DNA of 64,000 bases from a bacterium (lineage in GTDB: Bacteria; Auribacterota; UBA3054): positions 821 to 64,820 of the forward strand of contig JAFYHD010000067.1 in NCBI GenBank assembly GCA_017539325.1. The letters are read 5' to 3'. The notes beneath the pieces are model-generated. The model saw only the letters and a program-made list of their open reading frames with translations, searched no databases and was not told the origin of the DNA. The stretch's first letter is position 1. Each line of letters opens with the position of its first letter. Positions 9,844 through 19,448 of the stretch are shown here, one piece after another. The position numbers and the translations under genes are program-made.

Positions 9844-11640
9844 ATGCTCTCAAACATTCGCAACTTTTGCATCATAGCCCACATCGACCACGGCAAGACC
9901 ACTCTTTCCGACCGCTTTTTGGAACTGACAGGCGCGGTCGCCAAAAGGGAGATGGTCGACCAGGCCCTTGACGACATGGATCTCGAAAGGGAAAGAGGCA
10001 TCACGATAAAATCCCATCCGGTGAGGCTCAACTACACCGCCCCGGACGGCCAGACTTACATACTGAATCTCATCGACACTCCGGGGCACGTGGACTTTTC
10101 CTACGAAGTCTCGAGAAGCCTCGCCGCCTGCGAAGGCGCGATACTGCTCGTCGACGCTTCCCAGGGCGTGCAGGCCCAGACCGTCGCCAACGTCAGGATG
10201 GCTCTCGAGCACGATCTGAACATCATTCCGGTCCTAAACAAGATCGATCTCCCAAGCGCCGACATCAACTACTGCTCGCAGCAGATCATCGATCTGATCG
10301 GCGGGACGAAAGACGAGATACTGAAAGTCAGCAGCAAGACCGGCGAAGGTCTTGAAACGCTATTGGAGCACATCATAAAGGACGTTCCTCCGCCGAAGGA
10401 GCCGGTTGACGACAAGCTCAGATGGCTCATCTTCGACTCCGTTTACGACCCTTACAGGGGCGTCATCGTCTACGGCCGCGTCTTTTCCGGCGGGATCAAA
10501 AAAGGCACGAAAGTCCGCTTCATGTCGAACGGTCTGGAATACGAAGTGATCGAGGCCGGCACTTTCACGCCGCACATGAAGGCGGTCGACGAGATCAAGC
10601 CCGGCGAAGTGGGATACTTCACGGCGCTCATAAGGGACGCCTCGCACGTCAGGGTCGGCGACACCGTGACCATAGCCGACGATCCGGCTCCGGAACCTCT
10701 GCCCGGCTTCAAGGAATTCAAGCCCATGCTCTTCTCGGGCTTCTATCCCGTCGACACCAGCGATTACGAGGATTTCAAGAAAGCTCTGGAAAGGCTGAGG
10801 CTGAACGACGCCTCCTTCACCTATGAGCCGGAGACTTCCATCGCGCTGGGCTTCGGCTTCCGCTGCGGTTTCCTTGGTCTTCTGCACATGGACGTCATCC
10901 AGGAGAGGCTGGACAGAGAGTTCAACATGAACCTGATCGCCACCACGCCCAGCGTGATCTACCGCATTACGAAAAAGGACGGCACAGTGCTTGAGATCGA
11001 CAATCCTCTGCGCTTTCCGGATCCCAGCGAGATATTGAAGGCCGAGGAGCCTTTTGTGGCGGTCAACATCATCACGCCGACCGACCGCATCGGGACCATC
11101 ATGCAGCTGGCCCTCGACCGCCGCGGCGAAATGAAAGGGACGGAGTCATTGGACCCCATGCGTTGCGTCTTGCACTTCGACATGCCGCTTAACGAGATCA
11201 TCACCGACTTCTACGACAAGATCAAGAACATGACGAGCGGATACGGCAGCATGGATTATGAGCCCATAGGCTTCAGGGAGGGCGAACTGGTCAAGCTGGA
11301 CCTTCTTCTTAACGGCGAGCCGGTGGACGCCTTCTCGATGATCGTGCACAAGGACCGGGCTTATCCCAAGGGCCGTCTGCTGGCCGAGAGATTGAAAGAG
11401 GTGCTGCCCCGCCAGCAGTTTGCGGTCGCGATCCAGGCGGCGGTCGGCGGAAAAGTCATCGCCAGGGAGACCATCAACGCCCTGAGGAAAGACGTTCTGG
11501 CCAAGTGCTACGGCGGCGACATAACCAGGAAACGCAAACTGTTAGAAAAGCAGAAGGAAGGCAAGAAGAAGATGAAGCAGATCGGCAAAGTCTTCATTCC
11601 CCAGAAAGCCTTCATTGAAGTTTTGAAATCGGAAGACTAA
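9844..11640 (+). CDS. lepA: translation elongation factor 4 (LepA)
   Basis: IRNFCIIAHIDHGKTTLSDRFLE, DTPGHVDFSYEVSRSL and NKIDLPSA GTPase motifs; LepA-specific C-terminal region. Confidence 0.95.
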   Translation: MLSNIRNFCIIAHIDHGKTTLSDRFLELTGAVAKREMVDQALDDMDLERERGITIKSHPVRLNYTAPDGQTYILNLIDTPGHVDFSYEVSRSLAACEGAILLVDASQGVQAQTVANVRMALEHDLNIIPVLNKIDLPSADINYCSQQIIDLIGGTKDEILKVSSKTGEGLETLLEHIIKDVPPPKEPVDDKLRWLIFDSVYDPYRGVIVYGRVFSGGIKKGTKVRFMSNGLEYEVIEAGTFTPHMKAVDEIKPGEVGYFTALIRDASHVRVGDTVTIADDPAPEPLPGFKEFKPMLFSGFYPVDTSDYEDFKKALERLRLNDASFTYEPETSIALGFGFRCGFLGLLHMDVIQERLDREFNMNLIATTPSVIYRITKKDGTVLEIDNPLRFPDPSEILKAEEPFVAVNIITPTDRIGTIMQLALDRRGEMKGTESLDPMRCVLHFDMPLNEIITDFYDKIKNMTSGYGSMDYEPIGFREGELVKLDLLLNGEPVDAFSMIVHKDRAYPKGRLLAERLKEVLPRQQFAVAIQAAVGGKVIARETINALRKDVLAKCYGGDITRKRKLLEKQKEGKKKMKQIGKVFIPQKAFIEVLKSED

Positions 11641-13212
11641 ATGCAAAAATACGTCCAGGAAAAAAAGACCGTGGCTCTGGGAGCCGGATTCTCGATGTTC
11701 GGGTACTTTCTGTCCACTCTGATGGGGCTCCTTACGAACGTCATCCTTTACTGGCGCTTCGACCACTCCCAGGCCTCTTCCGAACTCAACATCTGGATCA
11801 TCGCCTTCTCTTTCTTCGCGATCCTCGAACCCTTCGCGAGGCTCGGCCTTTCCGATGGCGTCCAGCGCTTCATCGGCGTCCACTGGGTCGACAAGGACTG
11901 GGGCCGCATCAAGGGCGTCATCAAGGGTGCCTTCCAGCTTTCCCTTGCCGCGTCTGTCATCATGATAGCCTGCGTCTTCTTTTTGGCGCCGCACATTGCC
12001 AGCCACTATCTGAAGGGCCAGGAAGCCGCACGCGTTCTTTGCAGGGTCCTGCGTTCGCTTTCCCTATACCTCATACCGATTGCGCTGACGACCATCTCGC
12101 TCGCAGTCCTGAGGGCTCTGAACGACATCAGACATTCCGTCTGGATTGAGACGCTCTGCCAGAAATTCGGCTGGCTCATGGTCGTAATATTGGTCGGTTT
12201 CCTACCTCCTAGCGAGAACCGCATCATGGGGTTGGCCTGCGGCATGGTGCTCGTCAATCTCCTCTCCTTTTTGATCTCGGCGAAATGCTTTGTCAAAGCC
12301 GCTCCGAAACTTGAGGGCGTTTCGCCGAACTATGACCGCAAGGCGCTTTTCTTCTTCTCGGTGCCGCTGGTATTGCAGGCCGCCATCCTTGTCTTCATGA
12401 AGAAGTGCGATATTATGATGCTCGGTTATTTCCACAATGCCGAGAACTATGTCTCACAGTACAACGCCGCCGGCATCTCGACGCTCATAATCGCCAACAT
12501 ACTTCTGGCCTACTCCTCCCTTTTCGCGCCCATGATCGCCAAGATCAGCAAGGAAAAGGATTACCGCCGCATGAACGAGCTCTACAAAACGGTCACTCGC
12601 TGGATGCTCTATATAACGCTTCCCGCGGCCGGCATGATGCTTCTCTTCCCTTCTCAGATCCTCTCCGTTTTCCATCTGAACGCCGATCCGATGCTGACGA
12701 CTACCCTGAGGATACTGGTCTGCGCCCAGATAGTCAGCACACTGGCCGGGCATTCCGGGACGATGATGATAATGTCCGGCTATTCCAGGATGATCCTTTA
12801 TATCAATATTCTGGCGGTCTTCGCCAACGTTCTTTTGAACCTGTTTTTGATCCCGCCTTTCGCCATGGTCGGCGCGGCGCTCGCGACTCTGGCGGCCATC
12901 ACTATCAGGAACGCCCTGGCGGTCGTCTGTACGGCGATCCTCGTGAGATCCCAGCCTTTCTCCCTTTCGACCGTGACGATCTCGGTGACAGCCGCCGTCT
13001 GCGGGATTCTGGCTTATTTCGCTTTCAATTACGTCAATGCTCTCCTCCCTGACAACCGGTTCTTTGACCACTGGGCCTTCCAACTGGCCTTGTCAGGCGC
13101 GCTCTATGCTCTTATCTATTTGCCCGCGACCGCTTTAACGATGCACAAAGACGACCGCAGCTTCATAATAGACGAGTGCATTCCGCGTTTCAAACGGGCT
13201 TTACAGAGGTAG
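11641..13212 (+). CDS. oligosaccharide/polysaccharide flippase (MOP superfamily, Wzx/MurJ-like)
   Basis: 523 aa with ~14 predicted TM helices and a Wzx-like polysaccharide-biosynthesis-protein organisation; start abuts the lepA stop. Confidence 0.65.
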   Translation: MQKYVQEKKTVALGAGFSMFGYFLSTLMGLLTNVILYWRFDHSQASSELNIWIIAFSFFAILEPFARLGLSDGVQRFIGVHWVDKDWGRIKGVIKGAFQLSLAASVIMIACVFFLAPHIASHYLKGQEAARVLCRVLRSLSLYLIPIALTTISLAVLRALNDIRHSVWIETLCQKFGWLMVVILVGFLPPSENRIMGLACGMVLVNLLSFLISAKCFVKAAPKLEGVSPNYDRKALFFFSVPLVLQAAILVFMKKCDIMMLGYFHNAENYVSQYNAAGISTLIIANILLAYSSLFAPMIAKISKEKDYRRMNELYKTVTRWMLYITLPAAGMMLLFPSQILSVFHLNADPMLTTTLRILVCAQIVSTLAGHSGTMMIMSGYSRMILYINILAVFANVLLNLFLIPPFAMVGAALATLAAITIRNALAVVCTAILVRSQPFSLSTVTISVTAAVCGILAYFAFNYVNALLPDNRFFDHWAFQLALSGALYALIYLPATALTMHKDDRSFIIDECIPRFKRALQR

Positions 13213-13272
13213 GAGGCTTTTGATAAAATGAGTAAGATAAACTTTGTTAATAATTAATTAAGGGCTTACAAG

Positions 13273-14028
13273 ATGCGTAACATATTCCTTCTCATCGCTC
13301 TGGCTTTCTGCGTTTACTTCGGGTCCTCTCTCTGGACCTTCACCGATCCCGCTTCTTTCAGGGTCGTCGCCAATTATATTCCGCTAACGGTCATGTGCCT
13401 TACGCTGGTCATAGGACTCATACACCTGCGCCTTGCCCTCGCCCTGACGATAATCTTCATATTTTTCTTCGGGAACGCGGCGATCTTCGACCATATGCTC
13501 TACCTGGTCTGCTCGAAGCTTGGGTTCGAGACCTTCTTGTCCAGCGCCGTACCGGTCGGGCAGTCGATGAAGTTCTTTCAGCTGGCCAAGGTCCCTTACG
13601 AATGCGTTCTCTTGGGTCTCTTCGCCGCCTGGGCGCTGACGCGCTTCTTCGGCAACCCCGAGCTTGACTTCGAGGTCAACAGGGCGAGGACCGCCAGACA
13701 GATGAACTTCCCCATCTTCATTTTCGGCCTCACCGCGGTCATTTCCGGCATCTATGCCGCCATCGCTCTGGACAACATTTTCATGCCTGGCTTTTTGGGC
13801 AAGATCCAGCACACTTTCTGCTCCTTCCCCTATCCGTTCTTCAGGAAGGTGGAGGCGCAGCACATGCAGGCTTTGAGAAACGCCACGATGGTCATCGAAC
13901 TGATCGCCCTTTACACGGTCGTCATCAACGAGGTCTGGAGCGAAAAGCACATCAAGTTCTATCTCGGATTGCTGCTCTCCATCGGCGTGGCCTCCGTTCT
14001 GGTAGCGTCGTCCAGCGCCTCTCTCTGA
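13273..14028 (+). CDS. polytopic membrane protein (possibly the N-terminal part of a frameshifted O-antigen-ligase-like gene)
   Basis: 251 aa, ~7 hydrophobic helices; ends at TGA 14026-14028 inside a (CT)4 tract; the downstream frame continues membrane-protein-like sequence. Confidence 0.45.
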   Translation: MRNIFLLIALAFCVYFGSSLWTFTDPASFRVVANYIPLTVMCLTLVIGLIHLRLALALTIIFIFFFGNAAIFDHMLYLVCSKLGFETFLSSAVPVGQSMKFFQLAKVPYECVLLGLFAAWALTRFFGNPELDFEVNRARTARQMNFPIFIFGLTAVISGIYAAIALDNIFMPGFLGKIQHTFCSFPYPFFRKVEAQHMQALRNATMVIELIALYTVVINEVWSEKHIKFYLGLLLSIGVASVLVASSSASL

Positions 14029-14138
14029 CCGGTTTCTCCAATTACGTCTACCGCTACACCAGGGAGATCCACGCGACGTTTGTTGAGCCGAACTCCTGGG
14101 GCGTCTTTCTGTTCGCTCTGCTTCCCATAGGCCTGGGA

Positions 14139-15833
14139 TTGCTTTTCGCGGGCATCGTGCCGGCCTTCTGCGGCGTAATCGTCATATTGCTCTTTTTGCT
14201 CGGCATCTTCCTGGCCGGTTCCAAGGTCATACTGCTCTTTGCGGGTCTTGCCCTTCTGATTTTCTTCGTCGCCACTTTGATAAAGGCTTTCCGCGGCGGC
14301 AAGATCATTCCCCCGGCTTTCGTCGGCATTTTGCTCATCGGCTTCTCCGTTTTCGCAATCGGCTCTTACCTGAACGTCGACAAGGCGGAGCTTCTGTCCA
14401 CCAAAAACAATGCCAAGAACGGCAATTTCAGCGCCAATAAGGACGTCGACAACCCTAGCGGCAAGCCGCTGGGCCTCTTCCACAACAGCCTTTCCACTTC
14501 CATAGCCAACCAGATCGACAGCTTCAAGCAGTCGCTTTTTGAGGAGGACCCGGACGTGGCCGGCCCGAAAAAGGACAGCTTCGAAGCCAAGCTCTACGCC
14601 CGCACGAACCACAAGTCCGCCGACTGGATCACCGTCTTCAATTTCTACAGACCCAAAAACGGCAACTGGGATTATCTTGCCCTTGGCTGCGGCCCCAACA
14701 ACTTCAAGCGTTTCTATCGCCAATACCAGCCCAAGTACGTGAAGGAATCCAGATCCGGCGCCGGCAACATCTTCCTGCAGGCTCTGGTCGACCAGGGCAT
14801 CTTCGGTTTCGCCGCTCTGCTTATAATCACGGTCATTACGATCAGCGTAGCCTTCAGCAACGTGGACCACACCATCTCGCCGAGAACTTCCCGAGTCCTG
14901 GCCTGGATGTTCACTTTCCTGGTCTTCGGCTGTCTGTTTGAGAATTCCTTTGCCCAATACCAGATCGCCGCGCTCTACTGGTTCCTCTGCGGCCTTATCA
15001 TGGTGAACGCCGCTACGACCAACCGTGATTATCAGCCGACCTTCAAGGTCCTTTACGTTCTGCTTCTCATCCTGGTGCTTTGCGGCGCGGTCGCCGTCTT
15101 CTGGCCGAAGGTCGTGTCCCATCATAACGAGAAACGCTCTCTGGACGCCGCTGTCACGCGCCTTGAAAAGATAAGGGGAACAGACCTTTCTGAGGAAGAA
15201 TTCTCGCAGCTCTACGCCAAGCATGAGATCGGTTTCAATTACAACAATATCGGCCGCTGGAGCGACAAATCCTCCTTCATGATCGTAAAGCCCGAGAAGG
15301 GCAAACGCATCATCAGGATGGAAACTGCCTGCGCCCATCCGAAACTCTCCCCCGAATTCCCCGTGGAAGTCGAGGTCCTCGTTGAGAGCGAACCGGCCAT
15401 GAAGTTCACTTTCACCAACAGCTGTCTGAAGACCCTGGAATACGACCTTGGCCGCACAAGCCAGATCAGGGCGCTCTTCCAGGAACAGGACTATATCGTT
15501 CTGGAGATCAGGAACAGCCAGACCTTCGTGCCCGCTGAATTCTATCCCAATCTCACGAACCAGACCTACAACGTAGGCGCCTTCATAGGAAAAGTTACTT
15601 TCCATGAAAAGCAGACTCTGCCTTCGGAAGAAGACATGGAGATCGAGGAAAGCGAGCCCGAGGAGAACGAGGTGGAGGAAGAGGTCGTCGCTCCTGTCGA
15701 GGAAGTGAAAGAGGAAGTCAAAAAGGAGATCGAAGTCCCCAAGGAGACCATCTTCGGCGACAAAGTCGGCGAAGAGGAACTGGACGAGACTCTGAAAGAG
15801 ATGAGCAATTTCGAGCTTGAACTTCCGCAGTGA
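14139..15833 (+). CDS. O-antigen ligase / Wzy_C-like membrane protein with an acidic C-terminal tail
   Basis: Motif SRSGAGNIFLQALVDQGIFGFAALLIITVI resembles the Wzy_C/O-antigen-ligase signature; TTG start in the ORF track; the reading frame stays open and hydrophobic upstream to 14029 with no ATG/GTG, so the true start is uncertain. Confidence 0.5.
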   Translation: MLFAGIVPAFCGVIVILLFLLGIFLAGSKVILLFAGLALLIFFVATLIKAFRGGKIIPPAFVGILLIGFSVFAIGSYLNVDKAELLSTKNNAKNGNFSANKDVDNPSGKPLGLFHNSLSTSIANQIDSFKQSLFEEDPDVAGPKKDSFEAKLYARTNHKSADWITVFNFYRPKNGNWDYLALGCGPNNFKRFYRQYQPKYVKESRSGAGNIFLQALVDQGIFGFAALLIITVITISVAFSNVDHTISPRTSRVLAWMFTFLVFGCLFENSFAQYQIAALYWFLCGLIMVNAATTNRDYQPTFKVLYVLLLILVLCGAVAVFWPKVVSHHNEKRSLDAAVTRLEKIRGTDLSEEEFSQLYAKHEIGFNYNNIGRWSDKSSFMIVKPEKGKRIIRMETACAHPKLSPEFPVEVEVLVESEPAMKFTFTNSCLKTLEYDLGRTSQIRALFQEQDYIVLEIRNSQTFVPAEFYPNLTNQTYNVGAFIGKVTFHEKQTLPSEEDMEIEESEPEENEVEEEVVAPVEEVKEEVKKEIEVPKETIFGDKVGEEELDETLKEMSNFELELPQ

Positions 15834-15834
15834 T

Positions 15835-16956
15835 ATGCGCGTTCTCTTCGACGCATTCCCTCTTCTGGCCCCCAAATCGGGAGTCGGCTACTACACCCTG
15901 AATCTTCTGAAAGCGTTTGCCAGGGATTATCCTCTTGACGAGCACATCTATTTCTACGGTCGCCGCTTTTCAAAAGAGATACTGGAGGAAGCCCCGACCT
16001 TCGACGCCGAGCTTAGGAAAACGCTGAAGAAATGCTTCCCTAAGCCTTACCGCATTACCCAGCCGATCAAGGAAATGTTTTTCAAGCTCGGCGCGGGAAA
16101 GCAGAAAGCGGATATTTACCATGAGCTGAATTACGTTCCTCTCCCCTACAAAGGGCCACAGGTCGTGACCGTCTTTGACATGTCTCTTATCAGGTATCCC
16201 GAAACGCATCCCAAGGACCGCCGCTCTTACTTCGAGAGCTATTTTAAAAAGCGTCTCGCGAACGCCGACCATTTCATCACCATCAGCGATTTCTCAAAAA
16301 GAGAGCTGACTGAGCTCTACGACGTTCCGCCGGAAAAAGTGACGACAGTCTACCTTGGCGGGCTCGAGTTCACGAAAGAGAATCCCAATTTCACGGAGAG
16401 GTTGCCGGAGAAATATTTCCTCTACCTCGGCAATCTTGAGCCGAGGAAAAACATCCCTATGCTCCTGAGAGCCTACGCCGAGGCCAAAGCGAAGGAGAAA
16501 GATCTTCCGAAACTGGTCCTGGCCGGCTCCCCTACCTGGCTCTCCGACGAGATCTTCGCGACGATCAGGGAAAAAGGCCTTGCCGATTCCGTCATAATAA
16601 AAGGCTACGTTCCCTTGTCGAATCTTCCGCACTACTACAGGAACGCCCTGGCTTTCCTCTTCCCTTCGAAATACGAAGGCTTCGGACTCCCAGTCTTGGA
16701 GGCGATGGGCGAAGGAACTCCCGTCATCGTATCCGACTCCTCTTCGCTTCCCGAAGTGGTCGGAGAAGCCGGTCTGCTCCTCCCCTGCGACGAAGAGGAG
16801 CTCTGGGCGAAGGCTCTGCTCGAGGTTTTCCAAAACGAGGCGCTCAGGGAGGATCTTTCCAAAAGATCCGCGGAAAGGGCGAAGCTTTTCTCCTGGGGTA
16901 AGTGCGCCGCGAATACGCGCGCCGTCTACGAAAAGACCCTGAGTCTTTACTTTTGA
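15835..16956 (+). CDS. glycosyltransferase family 1 (GT4-type)
   Basis: C-terminal GT1 signature FPSKYEGFGLPVLEAMGEGTPVIVSDSSSLPEVVGEAGLL; ATG at 15835 preferred over the TTG at 15817 given in the ORF track. Confidence 0.85.
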   Translation: MRVLFDAFPLLAPKSGVGYYTLNLLKAFARDYPLDEHIYFYGRRFSKEILEEAPTFDAELRKTLKKCFPKPYRITQPIKEMFFKLGAGKQKADIYHELNYVPLPYKGPQVVTVFDMSLIRYPETHPKDRRSYFESYFKKRLANADHFITISDFSKRELTELYDVPPEKVTTVYLGGLEFTKENPNFTERLPEKYFLYLGNLEPRKNIPMLLRAYAEAKAKEKDLPKLVLAGSPTWLSDEIFATIREKGLADSVIIKGYVPLSNLPHYYRNALAFLFPSKYEGFGLPVLEAMGEGTPVIVSDSSSLPEVVGEAGLLLPCDEEELWAKALLEVFQNEALREDLSKRSAERAKLFSWGKCAANTRAVYEKTLSLYF

Positions 16957-17014
16957 GCGCTTTTCTGATACCATTTCCCTAACCTTACTTTTAACCCCAT
17001 ATGTAGGAGAAATT

Positions 17015-17185
17015 ATGGCTTACAAAATCAGCTCAGAATGTCTTTCCTGCGGCGCTTGCGCTTCCGAATGCCCTCAGGGCGCCATCGCGGAAGGCGAAGG
17101 CCAGTATCAGATCGACCCGGCTAAGTGCGTGTCCTGCGGCCTCTGCGCCAGCGTCTGCCCTGCCGGCGCTATCAGCGAGGAATAA
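17015..17185 (+). CDS. 4Fe-4S dicluster ferredoxin (57 aa; not in the ORF track)
   Basis: MAYKISSECLSCGACASECPQGAIAEGEGQYQIDPAKCVSCGLCASVCPAGAISEE: two CxxCxxCxxxCP motifs; GGAG RBS 8 nt upstream. Confidence 0.75.
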   Translation: MAYKISSECLSCGACASECPQGAIAEGEGQYQIDPAKCVSCGLCASVCPAGAISEE

Positions 17186-17195
17186 AAAAATATTT

Positions 17196-17271
17196 GCTCC
17201 TTTCGTCTAGTGGCCTAGGACATGTGGTTCTCATCCACAAAACAGGAGTTCGATTCTCCTATGGAGCGCCA
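17196..17271 (+). tRNA. tRNA-Glu (anticodon CUC), CCA encoded
   Basis: Cloverleaf folded by hand: acceptor GCTCCTT/ATGGAGC (one mismatch), D-stem GTCT/GGAC, anticodon stem TGTGG/CCACA with loop TTCTCAT, T-arm AGGAG-TTCGATT-CTCCT, discriminator G + CCA. Confidence 0.8.
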
Positions 17272-17278
17272 AATTTTA

Positions 17279-17305
17279 AGACACCCGAGAGGGTGTCTTT
17301 TTTTG
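17279..17305 (+). terminator. rho-independent terminator after tRNA-Glu
   Basis: AGACACCC-GAGA-GGGTGTCT hairpin followed by TTTTTTT. Confidence 0.6.
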
Positions 17306-17361
17306 TCTCCCACAAAAAAGGATAAAATGGTATAATCTACTATAAAACAAAATAGGAACAC

Positions 17362-17742
17362 ATGAACACGGAAAAAATAACTGACGCCCAGAGGATCGAG
17401 CTCAACTGCGTAGGCTGCGGTCACGCTGTGGAGTTCTCGCTTCTCGACCTCAATCCCGACACGCTGCTGACCTGCAAGGAATGCGGCAAAACTTATTCCT
17501 TCACCCCGGAACTGGCCGACCAGATCAAACGTTTCAGCAAACTTTTGGAAACGGTCTACGAGTCGAGGGACCTCCTCGGACAGGCCAGCATCGGGATCAA
17601 AGTCAAAGATGAGGAAGTCAAGATCCCCTACCAGCTCCTTTTGACCAGGCTCAATTCTCTACTCAGCCTCAAGATGGGAGACCAGGAGATGACTTTCCGT
17701 TTTCGTGTCAATCCCATAGCGGTTTTTGAAAAGAAAGAGTAA
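17362..17742 (+). CDS. hypothetical zinc-ribbon protein
   Basis: 126 aa; CxxC...CxxC pair (CVGCGH...CKECGKTY). Confidence 0.45.
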   Translation: MNTEKITDAQRIELNCVGCGHAVEFSLLDLNPDTLLTCKECGKTYSFTPELADQIKRFSKLLETVYESRDLLGQASIGIKVKDEEVKIPYQLLLTRLNSLLSLKMGDQEMTFRFRVNPIAVFEKKE

Positions 17743-18396
17743 ATGGGTTTTCTGCGCAAGATCTATGACTGGGTCATGAGATGCGCGCCTTCCCCGTACG
17801 CTCTCCTGATGCTCGTTTTGCTCTCTTTTTCAGAATCGTCGTTCTTTCCCATACCGCCCGATCCTCTTCTGATAGCCATGTCGCTGGCGAAGCCGAAGCG
17901 TTCCCTCTGGTACGCGCTTTGGTGTTCCGTTTCCTCAGTGCTCGGCGGGGTCCTGGGCTACGTTATCGGCGCTTTCCTTTGGAGCGTGACGAAGGATTTC
18001 TTCTTCACTTACGTTCCTGGCTTTACGCCCGAAGGTTTCGCGACAGTCGAACAACTGTATCTGAAGTACAGCTTCTGGTGCGTCTTCGCCGCCGGTTTCA
18101 CGCCCATTCCCTACAAGATCTTCACCATCGCCTCCGGCGTTTTCGGAATGGCCTTCTGGCCTTTCCTTATAGCCTCGGCTGTCAGCCGTTCGGCCCGCTT
18201 CTTCCTTGTCGCGGGGCTGATCAGGATCTTCGGCGAAAAAATCAAAGCGTTTATTGACAAATATTTCAACATATTAACCATAGCGTTCCTGATCCTTCTC
18301 ATCGGCTGCTTCGCGATCTTCGGATTCCTGAAGAAAAGCGATGAACCGAAGGATGACGGAGCGTCCACGTTAAAAACAAGCGAGGTCTCTGAATGA
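17743..18396 (+). CDS. DedA/YqaA-family membrane protein
   Basis: 217 aa; N-terminal LLMLVLLSFSESSFFPIPPDPLLIAMSL and the overall 4-6 TM pattern typical of YqaA/DedA (SNARE-associated) proteins. Confidence 0.65.
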   Translation: MGFLRKIYDWVMRCAPSPYALLMLVLLSFSESSFFPIPPDPLLIAMSLAKPKRSLWYALWCSVSSVLGGVLGYVIGAFLWSVTKDFFFTYVPGFTPEGFATVEQLYLKYSFWCVFAAGFTPIPYKIFTIASGVFGMAFWPFLIASAVSRSARFFLVAGLIRIFGEKIKAFIDKYFNILTIAFLILLIGCFAIFGFLKKSDEPKDDGASTLKTSEVSE

Positions 18397-19436
18397 AAAG
18401 ATCTTCCCTTACCACAATAGCTATCCTGGCACTTATGCTTAGCGCCTGTACCGCCATGCAGCGCGGCGGTCTAATAGGCGGTCTAATCGGAGGCGGCATG
18501 GGCGCCGGCATCGGCGCGGCCGGCGGAGGCGTCGGCGTCGCCATCGGCGCAGGCGCGGGCGCGGGCGCCGGTCTTTTGACCGGAGCGATCGCCGGCGAAG
18601 CCTACGAGATCCACCGTGCGCGCATGCTCGAAGACTACGCGGACGTAGACAAGTACAGCGGTGAAGCCAAGGTCTCCACCAAAGTGGTCGCCAAATACGA
18701 GAAACAGTTGGCGAAGATGGAAGCCAGGACAAAGATGATGGCCGCCAAATACGAAGAGATCGTAGCCAAGAGCTACGTTCTGGCCAACAACATCCAGGCT
18801 GACGGACGCTACGTTCAGGTCGAGACGACCAAAGAAGGCACCACCCAGATCACGATGCTCTCTGAAGTCCTCTTTGACGAAGGCAGAGCACAGCTCAGGG
18901 AAGCCGTCTATCCCGTCCTCGAGGAAGTCGGCCGCGTTGTCAATTCCGAATATCCCAACTTCCTAGTGGCCATAGAAGGGCATACCGACAGCAACGAACT
19001 GCCGGAAGGCTCCAATTTCATGTCCAACTGGGAACTCTCAGCGGCCCGAAGCTTGGCTGTCCTGCATTTCCTCGAGAAGCAGGGCGGCGTCGATCCTAAG
19101 CGCATGGCCATTTCCGGCTATTCCGCCAACAGGCCCGTCGCCAGCAACGCCACCGCTGACGGTCAGCGCTTGAACCGCCGCGTCGTCATTACCCTGATCC
19201 CCACCGATTTCACCTCTCCCCTCTCCCAGGACGAGCAGCTGAACGACAAGGTGAACAGCATTATGGAATCCACGATGCCGACCGCCCCCCAGAGCGGCAC
19301 AGTTCCCGTACCGGATTACGGACGCGGCGGATCCACCGGCCTTGACATCGCCCCGGACGGCACTCTGCCCGGCGCGGCTCCGCAAAGCGAAGCCGAAATG
19401 CTCAATAATCTTCCCGCTTTCCCAACCATCGATTAA
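18393..19436 (+). CDS. OmpA-family (peptidoglycan-associated) lipoprotein with an N-terminal glycine-zipper region
   Basis: Lipobox LSAC; Gly-zipper GGLIGGLIGGGMGAGIGAAGGGVGVAIGAGAGAGAG; OmpA_C motifs LFDEGRAQL...IEGHTDSNE...NWELSAARSLAV...NRRVVITL. Confidence 0.85.
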   Translation: MKRSSLTTIAILALMLSACTAMQRGGLIGGLIGGGMGAGIGAAGGGVGVAIGAGAGAGAGLLTGAIAGEAYEIHRARMLEDYADVDKYSGEAKVSTKVVAKYEKQLAKMEARTKMMAAKYEEIVAKSYVLANNIQADGRYVQVETTKEGTTQITMLSEVLFDEGRAQLREAVYPVLEEVGRVVNSEYPNFLVAIEGHTDSNELPEGSNFMSNWELSAARSLAVLHFLEKQGGVDPKRMAISGYSANRPVASNATADGQRLNRRVVITLIPTDFTSPLSQDEQLNDKVNSIMESTMPTAPQSGTVPVPDYGRGGSTGLDIAPDGTLPGAAPQSEAEMLNNLPAFPTID

Positions 19437-19448
19437 GGAGAAACAAGT

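Noticed and set aside
15817-15834. TTG start at 15817 for the GT1 gene, overlapping the previous gene by 17 nt
   Set aside because: The ATG at 15835, immediately after the upstream TGA, gives a conventional GT1 N-terminus (MRVLFDAFPLL...). The TTG extension is likely an ORF-caller artefact.
13959-15875. 638-aa minus-strand ORF antisense to the O-antigen-ligase-like gene; similar antisense ORFs at 4889..5983, 8147..9094, 19467..20087, 49555..51075, 54650..55969, 57970..59310 and 22..453
   Set aside because: Same reasoning: low-complexity, charged or Gly-rich products opposite well-supported genes (dnaX, lepA, pnp and others). Not reported as features.
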